From an uncultured Treponemataceae bacterium (lineage in GTDB: Bacteria > Spirochaetota > Spirochaetia > Treponematales > Treponemataceae), in assembly GCA_964370315.1 (NCBI GenBank), contig CAYJIS010000002.1:35753-99752 (forward strand): a stretch of DNA of 64,000 bases, written 5' to 3'. Shown piece after piece: positions 54,103-62,825 of the stretch. The first letter of the stretch is position 1. Each line of letters begins with the position of its first letter. Made by a program: the position numbers and the translations under genes. The notes beneath the pieces are model-generated. The model did no database searches. It was not told the origin of the DNA and was given only the letters and a program-made list of their open reading frames with translations.

Positions 54103-55767
54103 TTATTCTTGATTAAATTCTGTATTATCAAACGAAATGACCCTTATAATTCCATCATCCGTTTCATAATATGAAATATCTATATTATCACCTACCTGAC
54201 TCAAAGATAACTCTACACTAAGTTCTTGGGCAGCATAAAAAATCTTATTTTCCATGCCTTCAATAATAAAGTTGTAATTTTGACCAAATTCTGCACTTTC
54301 ACTAGCTATTCGTAAAATTGTACCAGCAGTAAAAACTTCTTGCCCAGATTCTTGAGCAAAACTATTTGTAGCCCCTATATCGCTATTATAATCTCTTAAT
54401 GCTTCTGTAATGGTGTCTCCTGTTCCAACTAAGGTTACGTTTTCAACAGATACAAATGCATATTGTTTTATAAGGCCTGAATTATCTTTTAATGTTATAA
54501 AATACGTAGGGATGCCATTATGATTAATAATGATAGGCGATGTTGCAAAATAGCCAAATTGTTGAACCGCCCCTTGTGCAGAAAGCATAGCGGCATATTC
54601 TGTTGCTCCACTAATTCTGTACAACTTTGATTCCTTGGTAACCATATCAACCATTAAAAACCCAATGGCAGACTCATCAGCTCCAACTGAAGTTAAGCCA
54701 GTAAAAAGAAAACAGTTACCTTCTTGATACACGATTGCCATTTGACTACTAGACATAAACTTATCTCTATTAGAAAAGTTAAAAATACCATGGACATATT
54801 TACCTTGGTTATTAATTTGATCAACAATATATTCTTCTGGCTGAACTCGATCAACCCATGAAGGGATTTCATCCATGCTATATTTAGCAGTTTCACCTGT
54901 AGTTGCATTTAAGGTAACGACACCTGTTGCTTCTGGCAAAGAGTACAACCATTTATTTTTATACATAGTTATAATCCAAAAAGCGTCCCCATCATCTGAA
55001 ATTTCAAAAGAATAATCAGTTAAACCGCTAAACAAATGCCCCCGTAAAAGCCTTACATATCTGTTTATATCATCAAAAAAGTAAGAGTTTGGCTGGTATT
55101 TAATTGGAGTATTTACTAACTCTATGTCCTGCAAATTAGTTGCAGATACCTTAATATATCCTCGAGCACCAGACATATTATTTAACCACATAAAAAATCC
55201 TGAGTGGTGTAAAGGAACGGCCCAAACAAGCTCTCCATTTATTTGCTGAATAACAGGTTCACCAACAAAAACTTGAGAACCCAAGCCTGGATCTTCACCT
55301 AATTTTCTGTCAGCTAAAGTTCTCGCTAAAACTTTATCTACAATAGGAACTTGATTTAAGTCTACAAGTTGTACATCATCAGAAAAATCTGTTAGCACAC
55401 TTTCTCCGAATTGATCCCGATAAGCACGATAGTTAAAAATTGCTGTTGATGCTATTGAAACAACAAAAAAAGCAAGCCAAAAAACAGCGAGTGTTACAAC
55501 TCTCTTTTTTGCTTTAATAAGAGTTGGTGTTATGTTTACCTGTCCTTTTCCTGTAGAAGCCCCTAATAAATTTAATCCTTTTAGTACATCTAGTGAGTTT
55601 ACAACAAAAAAAGATGAGATTAAAAGTAGCAATGTCCATGCGCTACTTGCATATGTTATGTTTATTGCAAATGGATTTACAATATACGCCAATAACCAAA
55701 AACCACCAAGAGCAATGTTTCTAGATAATTTTGTTTTTAATAATTTTTGTAAAATATTTAATAGCAT
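54103..55767 (-). CDS. Hypothetical membrane protein (3 N-terminal TM helices plus a large extracytoplasmic domain)
   Basis: 554 aa. TM segments lie within residues 15-115. The remaining 430 aa or so are soluble with no motif I recognise. Confidence 0.6.
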   Translation of the reverse strand: MLLNILQKLLKTKLSRNIALGGFWLLAYIVNPFAINITYASSAWTLLLLISSFFVVNSLDVLKGLNLLGASTGKGQVNITPTLIKAKKRVVTLAVFWLAFFVVSIASTAIFNYRAYRDQFGESVLTDFSDDVQLVDLNQVPIVDKVLARTLADRKLGEDPGLGSQVFVGEPVIQQINGELVWAVPLHHSGFFMWLNNMSGARGYIKVSATNLQDIELVNTPIKYQPNSYFFDDINRYVRLLRGHLFSGLTDYSFEISDDGDAFWIITMYKNKWLYSLPEATGVVTLNATTGETAKYSMDEIPSWVDRVQPEEYIVDQINNQGKYVHGIFNFSNRDKFMSSSQMAIVYQEGNCFLFTGLTSVGADESAIGFLMVDMVTKESKLYRISGATEYAAMLSAQGAVQQFGYFATSPIIINHNGIPTYFITLKDNSGLIKQYAFVSVENVTLVGTGDTITEALRDYNSDIGATNSFAQESGQEVFTAGTILRIASESAEFGQNYNFIIEGMENKIFYAAQELSVELSLSQVGDNIDISYYETDDGIIRVISFDNTEFNQE

Positions 55768-55799
55768 GATATACCTCTCTGCATTAAGTATACCATAAA

Positions 55800-55830
55800 A
55801 AAAATAAAAAGCACAGTGTAAACTGTGCCT
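55800..55830 (-). terminator. Rho-independent terminator of the amino-acid ABC operon
   Basis: Stem GCACAGT/ACTGTGC (55811-55828). On the minus strand it is followed by TTTTTATTTT. Confidence 0.7.
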
Positions 55831-55836
55831 TTTTAG

Positions 55837-56565
55837 CTATAATACAGATTGTAAAAACTGTTTTAAACGTGGATTTTTAGGGCTTCCAAAGATTTGTTCA
55901 GGACTTCCTTTTTCTGCAACTTGACCTTCATCCATAAAGTAAACCTCATCTGCAACTTCTCTTGCAAAACCCATCTCGTGGGTTACAACAACCATTGTCA
56001 TACCCTCTTTTGCAAGCTGTTTCATTACTTCCAAAACTTCTCCTACCATTTCAGGGTCAAGTGCACTTGTCGGCTCATCAAAAAGCATTACGTCTGGCTC
56101 CATGGCTAATGCTCTTACAATTGCTATCCTTTGCTTTTGCCCACCAGAAAGCCTTGATGGATACTCATCGGCTTTATCTGCAAGCCCAACTCTATTTAAA
56201 AGTGCTATAGCCTTTTCTTTCGCTTGCGCTTTTGTAAGCAGTTTGTGTGTTAATGGCGCCAAGGTAATATTTTGCATTACCGTTAAATGGGGGAAAAGAT
56301 TAAAATGCTGAAAAACCATCCCCATTTTTTGTCGCAACATATCGATATTTGTTTTTTGATCTGTAATATCGGTACCCTCAAAAATGATATGCCCATTTGT
56401 TGCTTCTTCTAAACGATTTAGACATCGTAAGAATGTACTTTTGCCAGAACCTGAAGGTCCAATTACAACTACACGCTGTCCCTGTTTTATAGTCTCAGTA
56501 ACATCTTTTAAAACTTCTAATTCGCCAAAGCTTTTATGTAGGTTCTTTACTTCTATCATATTCAC
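55837..56565 (-). CDS. glnQ: Polar amino-acid ABC transporter ATP-binding protein
   Basis: 242 aa. [28 protein letters not shown]. Confidence 0.92.
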   Translation of the reverse strand: MNMIEVKNLHKSFGELEVLKDVTETIKQGQRVVVIGPSGSGKSTFLRCLNRLEEATNGHIIFEGTDITDQKTNIDMLRQKMGMVFQHFNLFPHLTVMQNITLAPLTHKLLTKAQAKEKAIALLNRVGLADKADEYPSRLSGGQKQRIAIVRALAMEPDVMLFDEPTSALDPEMVGEVLEVMKQLAKEGMTMVVVTHEMGFAREVADEVYFMDEGQVAEKGSPEQIFGSPKNPRLKQFLQSVL

Positions 56566-56568
56566 GTG

Positions 56569-57237
56569 TTACCCCCTATCACTTTTTGCAAGGTGTTTTT
56601 CTAACTTAGAAAAGATTTTTGTTAAGCCAAGAGTCATTATTAAATATAAAATCGCAACACAAATAAGAGGAAACCACGCATTATAGGTAGCATTTCTAAT
56701 CATATCCCCTGCCTTTGTTAAATCCATAACTGCAATAAAACTAACTATTGAGGTTTCTTTTACAAGTACGATAAATTCACTTGTATAAGTCGGTAAAACA
56801 GCCTTTGCCGCTTGAGGAAAAATTATTTTTGTTAATGTTTGCCATCTGGTAAGCCCTAATGAACGACCTGCTTCCATTTGTCCAATATCAACTCCCTGAA
56901 TACCGGCTCTAAATATTTCGGTGCAATATGCCCCAGAATTAATTCCGTATGCTAATACTGCAACTGTAACCCTATCTATACCCAGAGGTGCAAAAATAAC
57001 AAAGTAAAAAATCATCAATTGTGTTGCAAGGGGAATACCTCGAATTATCGTTGTATATGCAGAAGCAAAGCCTCTAGCAAATCGGTTTTTAGATATTTTT
57101 AATATTGCAAATACACAACCTAAAACAGTCCCAATTGCAATGGCAGTAATAGCAATATAGAGAGTTGTGCCCAAGCCTTCAAATAAAAGCTTCCATCGCT
57201 CTCCTGCAATAATTGTGTCATAAAAAGATTGAAACAT
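56569..57237 (-). CDS. Polar amino-acid ABC transporter permease (His/Glu/Gln/Arg/opine family)
   Basis: 222 aa. An EAA-like loop EAGRSLGLTRWQTLTKIIFPQA. Confidence 0.9.
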   Translation of the reverse strand: MFQSFYDTIIAGERWKLLFEGLGTTLYIAITAIAIGTVLGCVFAILKISKNRFARGFASAYTTIIRGIPLATQLMIFYFVIFAPLGIDRVTVAVLAYGINSGAYCTEIFRAGIQGVDIGQMEAGRSLGLTRWQTLTKIIFPQAAKAVLPTYTSEFIVLVKETSIVSFIAVMDLTKAGDMIRNATYNAWFPLICVAILYLIMTLGLTKIFSKLEKHLAKSDRG

Positions 57238-57249
57238 CTTTTACCTCCT

Positions 57250-57279
57250 AAAAAAAAGGCACAGATTCTCCCCTGTGCT
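57250..57279 (-). terminator. Terminator-like hairpin and T8 immediately upstream of the permease RBS
   Basis: The minus strand reads AGCACAG-gggagaat-CTGTGCC, then TTTTTTTT, then AGGAGG and the ATG at 57237. Confidence 0.55.
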
Positions 57280-57297
57280 GTAAATCCTATTCATTGC

Positions 57298-57340
57298 TTT
57301 ATGAAAATAGGGCCTTTAATAAAAGCCCTATTTTCATAAA
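57298..57340 (-). promoter_or_regulatory. 16-bp perfect inverted repeat in the intergenic region between the binding-protein and permease genes
   Basis: TTTATGAAAATAGGGC - 11 nt - GCCCTATTTTCATAAA. Confidence 0.6.
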
Positions 57341-57386
57341 CAAAGACAAAACCCAGAACTAGTAATAGCCCTAGGTTTTATAATTA

Positions 57387-58163
57387 TTATTTTCTTACAA
57401 TAATAACTTGCTCTGATTCATAATATGGAATTGAAAAATCAACATTTTTCTTTCTTTCTTCTGTTACACTCATTCCTGCTGCAACAAAATCAATTACTCC
57501 TGAATCTACCGCTGCTATTAGACTGTCAAAAGCCATGTCTACAACTTCAAGAGGTTGCCCTAAATCATTAGCAATATACTGACCCATTGTGATATCAAAA
57601 CCAACAATGTCGCTTCCTTCTACATATTCAAATGGAGGGAATGCAGCATTTGTTCCAAGTTTAATTGTAGTTCCTGCTCCTGTCATTTCTACTGAAGGAA
57701 TTACAATGTTTCCATCTGTTGGCATAAATGAAAGCACCAAGGCTTCATATCCACCGTTTGATTGTAATGTTTCAATTGTTTCATTAATTGATGCAAGAAG
57801 AGCAGTGTTTCCTTTCTTAACTGCAATTGCATATTCTTCTCTTGCAAATTGATCTGTAACGATCATTAAATCATCATTGTTAGCAACAATCTCTTTTGCT
57901 GGAAGCTCGTCTAAAACAACAGCGTCAATTGTCCCATTTTTCAAATCTAATGCTGCGTCAATCCCTGATTTAAAAGAGACTAGATCTTTATCAATGATAT
58001 TTTCACTTACCCAAGTGTCCCCAGTTGTACCTGCTTGAACACCAATTTTTTTTCCTTCTAAATCACTTGCACCTGTGATTACAACTTCGTTTGTTCCACC
58101 ACAGGAAACAAAAAATGCTAGTACTAGCAATATACTTGCTAAAACTGTTACTGTCTTTTTCAT
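57387..58163 (-). CDS. Amino-acid ABC transporter substrate-binding lipoprotein
   Basis: 258 aa. Lipobox FVSCGG. Type-3 SBP features (GTNAAFPPFEY, GFDI). Confidence 0.88.
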   Translation of the reverse strand: MKKTVTVLASILLVLAFFVSCGGTNEVVITGASDLEGKKIGVQAGTTGDTWVSENIIDKDLVSFKSGIDAALDLKNGTIDAVVLDELPAKEIVANNDDLMIVTDQFAREEYAIAVKKGNTALLASINETIETLQSNGGYEALVLSFMPTDGNIVIPSVEMTGAGTTIKLGTNAAFPPFEYVEGSDIVGFDITMGQYIANDLGQPLEVVDMAFDSLIAAVDSGVIDFVAAGMSVTEERKKNVDFSIPYYESEQVIIVRK

Positions 58164-58409
58164 GAATCATCTCCATATTTTTGTTTTTATTAGTATACAA
58201 AGAATAAGACATAATGTCAATAAATTTTTGCATAAAAATGCATTTTTTTGCATATTTATACAACAAAAACTTGTTTGCATATTTTTTTAATGTTGTGAAA
58301 ATAAATTTAAAAAAAGACCATTTTTCTGTAACTTTTTGCTCTCTTGAAACTTATTCTTTTATACGTTATATTTCAATTTTATAATAAACATGAAAGGAGA
58401 CGGTAGTCT

Positions 58410-58682
58410 ATGTATGATGATGACGATGATGATTACGAAGAAGACTTTTACGCAGACATTCCAGATGAAGCTTTTTATTATGAAGAATCTGCAAGACGTT
58501 ATGGCTTAGCACTAGGATTCAAAGAAGCAAGCGAAGGAATTGACTCAGAAAGCACGCTCGACAATTTTAGATACCCAGAAGATGCAGATGACGAAATCAT
58601 TGATATTTTTAAAGAAGCATACTTTGAAGGTGTAGATAATTATAATTCTCAAGACGATGATGATGATGATGAGTGGGATTAG
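58410..58682 (+). CDS. Small, extremely acidic protein with poly-Asp termini
   Basis: 90 aa. MYDDDDDDYEEDFY ... SQDDDDDDEWD. RBS AAAGGAG lies 9 nt upstream of the ATG. Confidence 0.6.
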   Translation: MYDDDDDDYEEDFYADIPDEAFYYEESARRYGLALGFKEASEGIDSESTLDNFRYPEDADDEIIDIFKEAYFEGVDNYNSQDDDDDDEWD

Positions 58683-59521
58683 TCAAAGTTGTAATATACA
58701 CCAGCTTTTGCAAACCCCTTAAACCCATCCTCTTCTGGTTTATAATTTTCTGCTAAATCACCATAATGAGACAATAACATTTTTTCTTTTATCTCAATGG
58801 GAAGCGTTTTTAAGTTTTCATAAAAAGAATGTACTCCACCGGGAAAAAACTGACAGTCATGAAAAATTGTCTCAATGGTGGGGTATTTTTCTATAACAAA
58901 ATCAAGTAATTCCCTGTCAAAGCGTGTATCCCCAGAATATAGCACTTTCTTATCAATAAGTAAGCCACAAGAAAAAAAGGCTGCATCCCAGTCGTCTTTG
59001 CTATGTGGGATGTGCTTTGTTCTAAATGTAATAATATCCATATCCCCCAGTTTTGATTCATAAAACGGTCGAGGTGTTTTTGTAATAAGAGCCGGAGTTA
59101 TTTGATTAAAATAGTCCTCAAAACAAAAGCTTTGCCCATCAGTATTCTCTCCATAAGACAGGCCTCCCTTTAAAGAGTTGTTCCACAAAAAATCTTTATA
59201 AGAATCTGTAATAATCATATTTATTTTTTTTTGTGACTGATACATGCCAATAAGAGATAATTCTTCTAGACCTCCTATATGATCTGCATGAGAGTGTGTA
59301 ATTAATACATTGTCTATATCTGCAATTTTTGAGTTATAGCTATAAAAAGCTAGTGGGCAAAGAGAACCACAATCAACTAGAAGATGATCCTTTCCTTTTA
59401 TCAATAGAAGATTTGTTTGAGAATATTTTTTTGAAAAAGCACTTCCCGTTCCCAAAAAGAATACTTCTAGATTTCCACTGTTTTTCAATCTTATTGAATC
59501 AGAAAACTGTTTTATCTGCAT
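58679..59521 (-). CDS. MBL-fold metallo-hydrolase
   Basis: 280 aa. HSHADHIGG motif. Confidence 0.85.
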   Translation of the reverse strand: MQIKQFSDSIRLKNSGNLEVFFLGTGSAFSKKYSQTNLLLIKGKDHLLVDCGSLCPLAFYSYNSKIADIDNVLITHSHADHIGGLEELSLIGMYQSQKKINMIITDSYKDFLWNNSLKGGLSYGENTDGQSFCFEDYFNQITPALITKTPRPFYESKLGDMDIITFRTKHIPHSKDDWDAAFFSCGLLIDKKVLYSGDTRFDRELLDFVIEKYPTIETIFHDCQFFPGGVHSFYENLKTLPIEIKEKMLLSHYGDLAENYKPEEDGFKGFAKAGVYYNFD

Positions 59522-59535
59522 ACAAGTATTATACT

Positions 59536-60204
59536 CTACTTTTCTGTTGCTGTGTGAGAAAAATCCAACATTTTTTTTAGCTTGTAAACATCTTCTACCC
59601 CATCGACAAGGATTCCTCCCATGCCCATCTCTAAAGGTAGAGAAATGTCTATATCATATCGATCTCCAACTGAGATACAATTTTCTATAGGCTCTCCGGC
59701 TCTCTTTGCTGCAAGTTCAAACATTTTTATATCTGGTTTTGATACATGACAAGTATCTAAGCCTATCACCTCACTTATTACGGCATCGGCTCCTAGACAA
59801 GACAATATTTTTCTGCCAACTGATATAGGATTATTTGTTACACAAACAAGACTATAGTCTTTTGCTAATTCTGTTAAAGATTGTACAAGCTCTGTGTCTG
59901 TTGAAAGGTACTGTTCTGGAAGAATAAGCTCTTTGCGCATTTCAATACTTTGGTCAATTGAAACTCCCAAATCTACAAAAACGTTAGCAAGAGAAAGTTT
60001 TTTTCCACCATTAAGTTTTGACCATTCATCACGATAAGAAACAACCATTTTTTTTGCATCTTCAAATGCTAAACTTTTTAATTCAGCAAATCGTTTTATT
60101 TGTACCTCATTTTGAAGTGTTGCAAAGCTTGTATTTGTATAAAGCGTTGAATCAATATCAAAAATTATTGCCTTTATGTTTTGGGGTAAATGATAAATTG
60201 TCAT
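59536..60204 (-). CDS. HAD-superfamily hydrolase
   Basis: 222 aa. FDIDSTLY, VTNN, GDRYDID. Confidence 0.8.
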   Translation of the reverse strand: MTIYHLPQNIKAIIFDIDSTLYTNTSFATLQNEVQIKRFAELKSLAFEDAKKMVVSYRDEWSKLNGGKKLSLANVFVDLGVSIDQSIEMRKELILPEQYLSTDTELVQSLTELAKDYSLVCVTNNPISVGRKILSCLGADAVISEVIGLDTCHVSKPDIKMFELAAKRAGEPIENCISVGDRYDIDISLPLEMGMGGILVDGVEDVYKLKKMLDFSHTATEK

Positions 60205-60250
60205 GCGATACTCCTTATTAAACCTATTTTGGTAATAGAAGTGTTAGTTA

Positions 60251-61489
60251 TTATCCTAACTTAACCAACTTTTCGATAATTCCTCTATTATCCAACAAAT
60301 CACTTAATGATTGCCCGTGGTGGACTCTCATAATTATATTAGCAAACAAACCACTTACATCTGTGTTTATATACCATTCATAGTTCAAAAGCTCTTCATG
60401 TGAAACAGCATTTGTACCAATAATTCTATAAAAATGCCCCTTTTTATATGCTTCATCAAAAAGCTCTATAGCTTTTCCGTTAAAAAAAGGTAAGCTTATA
60501 GCAGCAATTACTTTTTTTGCGCCTTGTTCTTTTAAGAAAGCCATAGCTTTTAGGAGTGTCCCACCTGAACCAAGCATGTCATCTGCCAAAAATGCAATCT
60601 TATCCTTTACATCACCTAATAATGTAAGCGTTCTAATGTTTGTTTCTTCTGCACTTTGAGTAATAACTGAGTAATCTCGCTCTTTATAAATCATTGCCAA
60701 GGGTTTTTGCAAACCTGTTGCATAAAACTTATTTCTTTCTACTGCTCCTGTGTCTGGTGAAACAATTACAAGTTCTTCGTCCTTATCATTTATATTGACA
60801 AGTTTCATTAATTCTCTAATTATTTGATAACTCGCATGTAAGTTTTCGATGTTTAAGTTTTGAAATACATTTTCAATTTCTCGTGAGTGTATATCTAGCG
60901 TTATAATTCTCGAAACACCCATGCTTTCATAAATGTTTCCGAGCATGCTAGCGGTAAGGCCTTCTCGTCCCTTTTTTTTATCTTGTCGGCTATAGGGGTA
61001 TGTAGGTAATACAAGCGCTATGGAAGCTGCTCCAGCTCTTCTTACCGCATCTATTGTAACAAGTAAAGACATAAGGTGGTCATTTACCGACATTTCTTTT
61101 TTTAAATTCCCATCGTTTAACGTTAGTACTTGTTCGTTTGCAACATCTTGAACAATAAAAACATCTTTTCCCCGAACACACGTTTTTACCTGAGTTTTTA
61201 ATTCTCCATTTAAAAAATAAGTAAAGTCGATTTCTGTTTTAAATTTGGCAGGTCGATACTTATCGATATTTCCTTTAATATATAACTCTGAAGCTATTAG
61301 GTCGTTATAATAGTTAATATCTTTTTGTAAAGTGTTTTTATCAACGTCGTATCGTTTGGAAATAACATCTCTTTTTAACCCAAAGCGATGCTTATACATA
61401 TGTCTCAAGTGTGTTGTGATTTTATCAGCAAACAACTCTCCACCGGGGCAGGCTATAATAGCAAGTGTCGATGGTTCTGAATACGGCAT
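60251..61489 (-). CDS. prs: Ribose-phosphate pyrophosphokinase, long form with N-terminal-domain insertions
   Basis: 412 aa. VRGKDVFIVQD, YPYSRQDKK, DIHS and the PRPP loop ADDMLGSGGTL. There is an insertion of about 60 aa between the first helix and the FxxGE strand relative to the 315-aa E. coli enzyme as I remember it. Confidence 0.85.
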   Translation of the reverse strand: MPYSEPSTLAIIACPGGELFADKITTHLRHMYKHRFGLKRDVISKRYDVDKNTLQKDINYYNDLIASELYIKGNIDKYRPAKFKTEIDFTYFLNGELKTQVKTCVRGKDVFIVQDVANEQVLTLNDGNLKKEMSVNDHLMSLLVTIDAVRRAGAASIALVLPTYPYSRQDKKKGREGLTASMLGNIYESMGVSRIITLDIHSREIENVFQNLNIENLHASYQIIRELMKLVNINDKDEELVIVSPDTGAVERNKFYATGLQKPLAMIYKERDYSVITQSAEETNIRTLTLLGDVKDKIAFLADDMLGSGGTLLKAMAFLKEQGAKKVIAAISLPFFNGKAIELFDEAYKKGHFYRIIGTNAVSHEELLNYEWYINTDVSGLFANIIMRVHHGQSLSDLLDNRGIIEKLVKLG

Positions 61490-61574
61490 GGGGACTCCCT
61501 TATATTTACTATGTTTATAATATCACACTTTTTGTATTCTTTCAAGTCGCTTTACCTTTTCAATAACCGACTTT

Positions 61575-62606
61575 TTATAGTTTTATTTCTAAAGAAAGAG
61601 GCAAATGATCAGAGCTACCGTTCCCTGTATAAAGGTTAAATCGCATTGGCGTTTCAAGATCTCCGACCGTTATTGTGTTTGTAATTGTTTGAAAATCTAG
61701 AACAGTGAGGCTGTCGTTATAAAAAAAGTGGTCTATTTTTTCCCATTCTCCTTCATAATAATAAGATCCCTTTGCCGTAGTTTTTTCATCAAACGTTATC
61801 CATGGAGAAATCAAATTTATAGATTCGCCACTTCCCTGCATAACAACCCTTTCATCTGCACTATCATTTTTGTTTTCCATTTTTATAAACTCATCTAGAG
61901 TACGATTAAAGTCCCCTGTGGCTATAAAGGGATTGTTTTCGAGTATCAGTAAATCTGCAAGTAATCTTTCTTGGGTGTTTCTCCAAACCTCTGTTTCTTT
62001 TTCTCCTCCGTACTTTGATTTCCAATGGCTTGCATATATTGTAAGTGTTTTATGAGGACTAACTACCACTTGTGCTTCTAATATACTTCTCATAGAAGGT
62101 TGTTCTAGCTTTGTTCCATCTAGAATATCGCTTGAATTATTAAACATCGACAGCCCTAGCGCAACATCATAGTCAACTTGATGTACCCGTATGTTTTCTA
62201 GTGGATAGCGAGAAAAAATAGCGATACCAAGTGCATCTTCTTTTTGTTTTGAAAAACAACTATATCCATACCCTTTTTTTGTTGCTCGCAAACCAACTAG
62301 CTCATTTGCCAAGTCTTGTAGGATAGCCGAGTTTTCAATTTCTTGAAATACATAAACATCAGCTTTTGTTAACATAATAAAATTGGAAAGTGTTTTTAGC
62401 CTTTTTATATATAATTCTTCGCTCCAAGCACTATTTGAACCTTTAAAATCATAATACTCTGTACCATCTTCTTTAGAATCAAAAAAGGTTTGTACATTCC
62501 AATTAATTACAGAAAGTGTCGTTTTCTCGTTCTCTATCCCTAGCCTGTCTGAAAGCATTGTGCAGGAGGCACAAAAAAAACACAAAATAACAATGGTACT
62601 TTTCAT
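61575..62606 (-). CDS. Endonuclease/exonuclease/phosphatase (EEP)-family lipoprotein
   Basis: 343 aa. Lipobox FFCASC. NWNVQTFFD, QEIE, GDFN, SDHLP. Confidence 0.8.
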   Translation of the reverse strand: MKSTIVILCFFCASCTMLSDRLGIENEKTTLSVINWNVQTFFDSKEDGTEYYDFKGSNSAWSEELYIKRLKTLSNFIMLTKADVYVFQEIENSAILQDLANELVGLRATKKGYGYSCFSKQKEDALGIAIFSRYPLENIRVHQVDYDVALGLSMFNNSSDILDGTKLEQPSMRSILEAQVVVSPHKTLTIYASHWKSKYGGEKETEVWRNTQERLLADLLILENNPFIATGDFNRTLDEFIKMENKNDSADERVVMQGSGESINLISPWITFDEKTTAKGSYYYEGEWEKIDHFFYNDSLTVLDFQTITNTITVGDLETPMRFNLYTGNGSSDHLPLSLEIKL

Positions 62607-62730
62607 ATAAACTCCTATATATTCTTATACAGAATATATACACGTTTTATACTAAAAAAATAATGAATTTTGTGCTTTTTTTAAAAAGATATGTTTTTTA
62701 TTGTATTTTTGTTTGTTTTTTATACTACAT

Positions 62731-62825
62731 GCGCCACCGGGCGAAGCGATATACTTTTGCCCCCTTATTTTAGGGCAAAAGATTTAGCGAAGCACGGGAC
62801 GCTTTGCTTTGCAAAGCGGGCGCCA
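62731..62825 (-). other. GC-rich structured element abutting the stop codon of the 62826-63659 gene and upstream of the EEP-prs gene string
   Basis: 8-bp hairpin CGCTTTGC-ttt-GCAAAGCG (62800-62818). 9-bp hairpin CTTTTGCCC-10 nt-GGGCAAAAG (62754-62781). The GCGAAGC unit occurs twice (62741, 62787). Confidence 0.3.

Noticed and set aside
62773-62825. On the plus strand, GGGCAAAAG ... GGGACGC ... GCAAAGCGGGCGCC resembles fragments of the c-di-GMP-I (GEMM-I) riboswitch core (GGGCAAAC...GGGACGCAAAGCC).
   Set aside because: The resemblance is on the plus strand, where no downstream gene exists because both neighbours are on the minus strand. The GGGACGC and GCAAAGC pieces are also split by an insertion that forms its own hairpin. 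I treat this as coincidence unless an Rfam covariance-model scan scores it.
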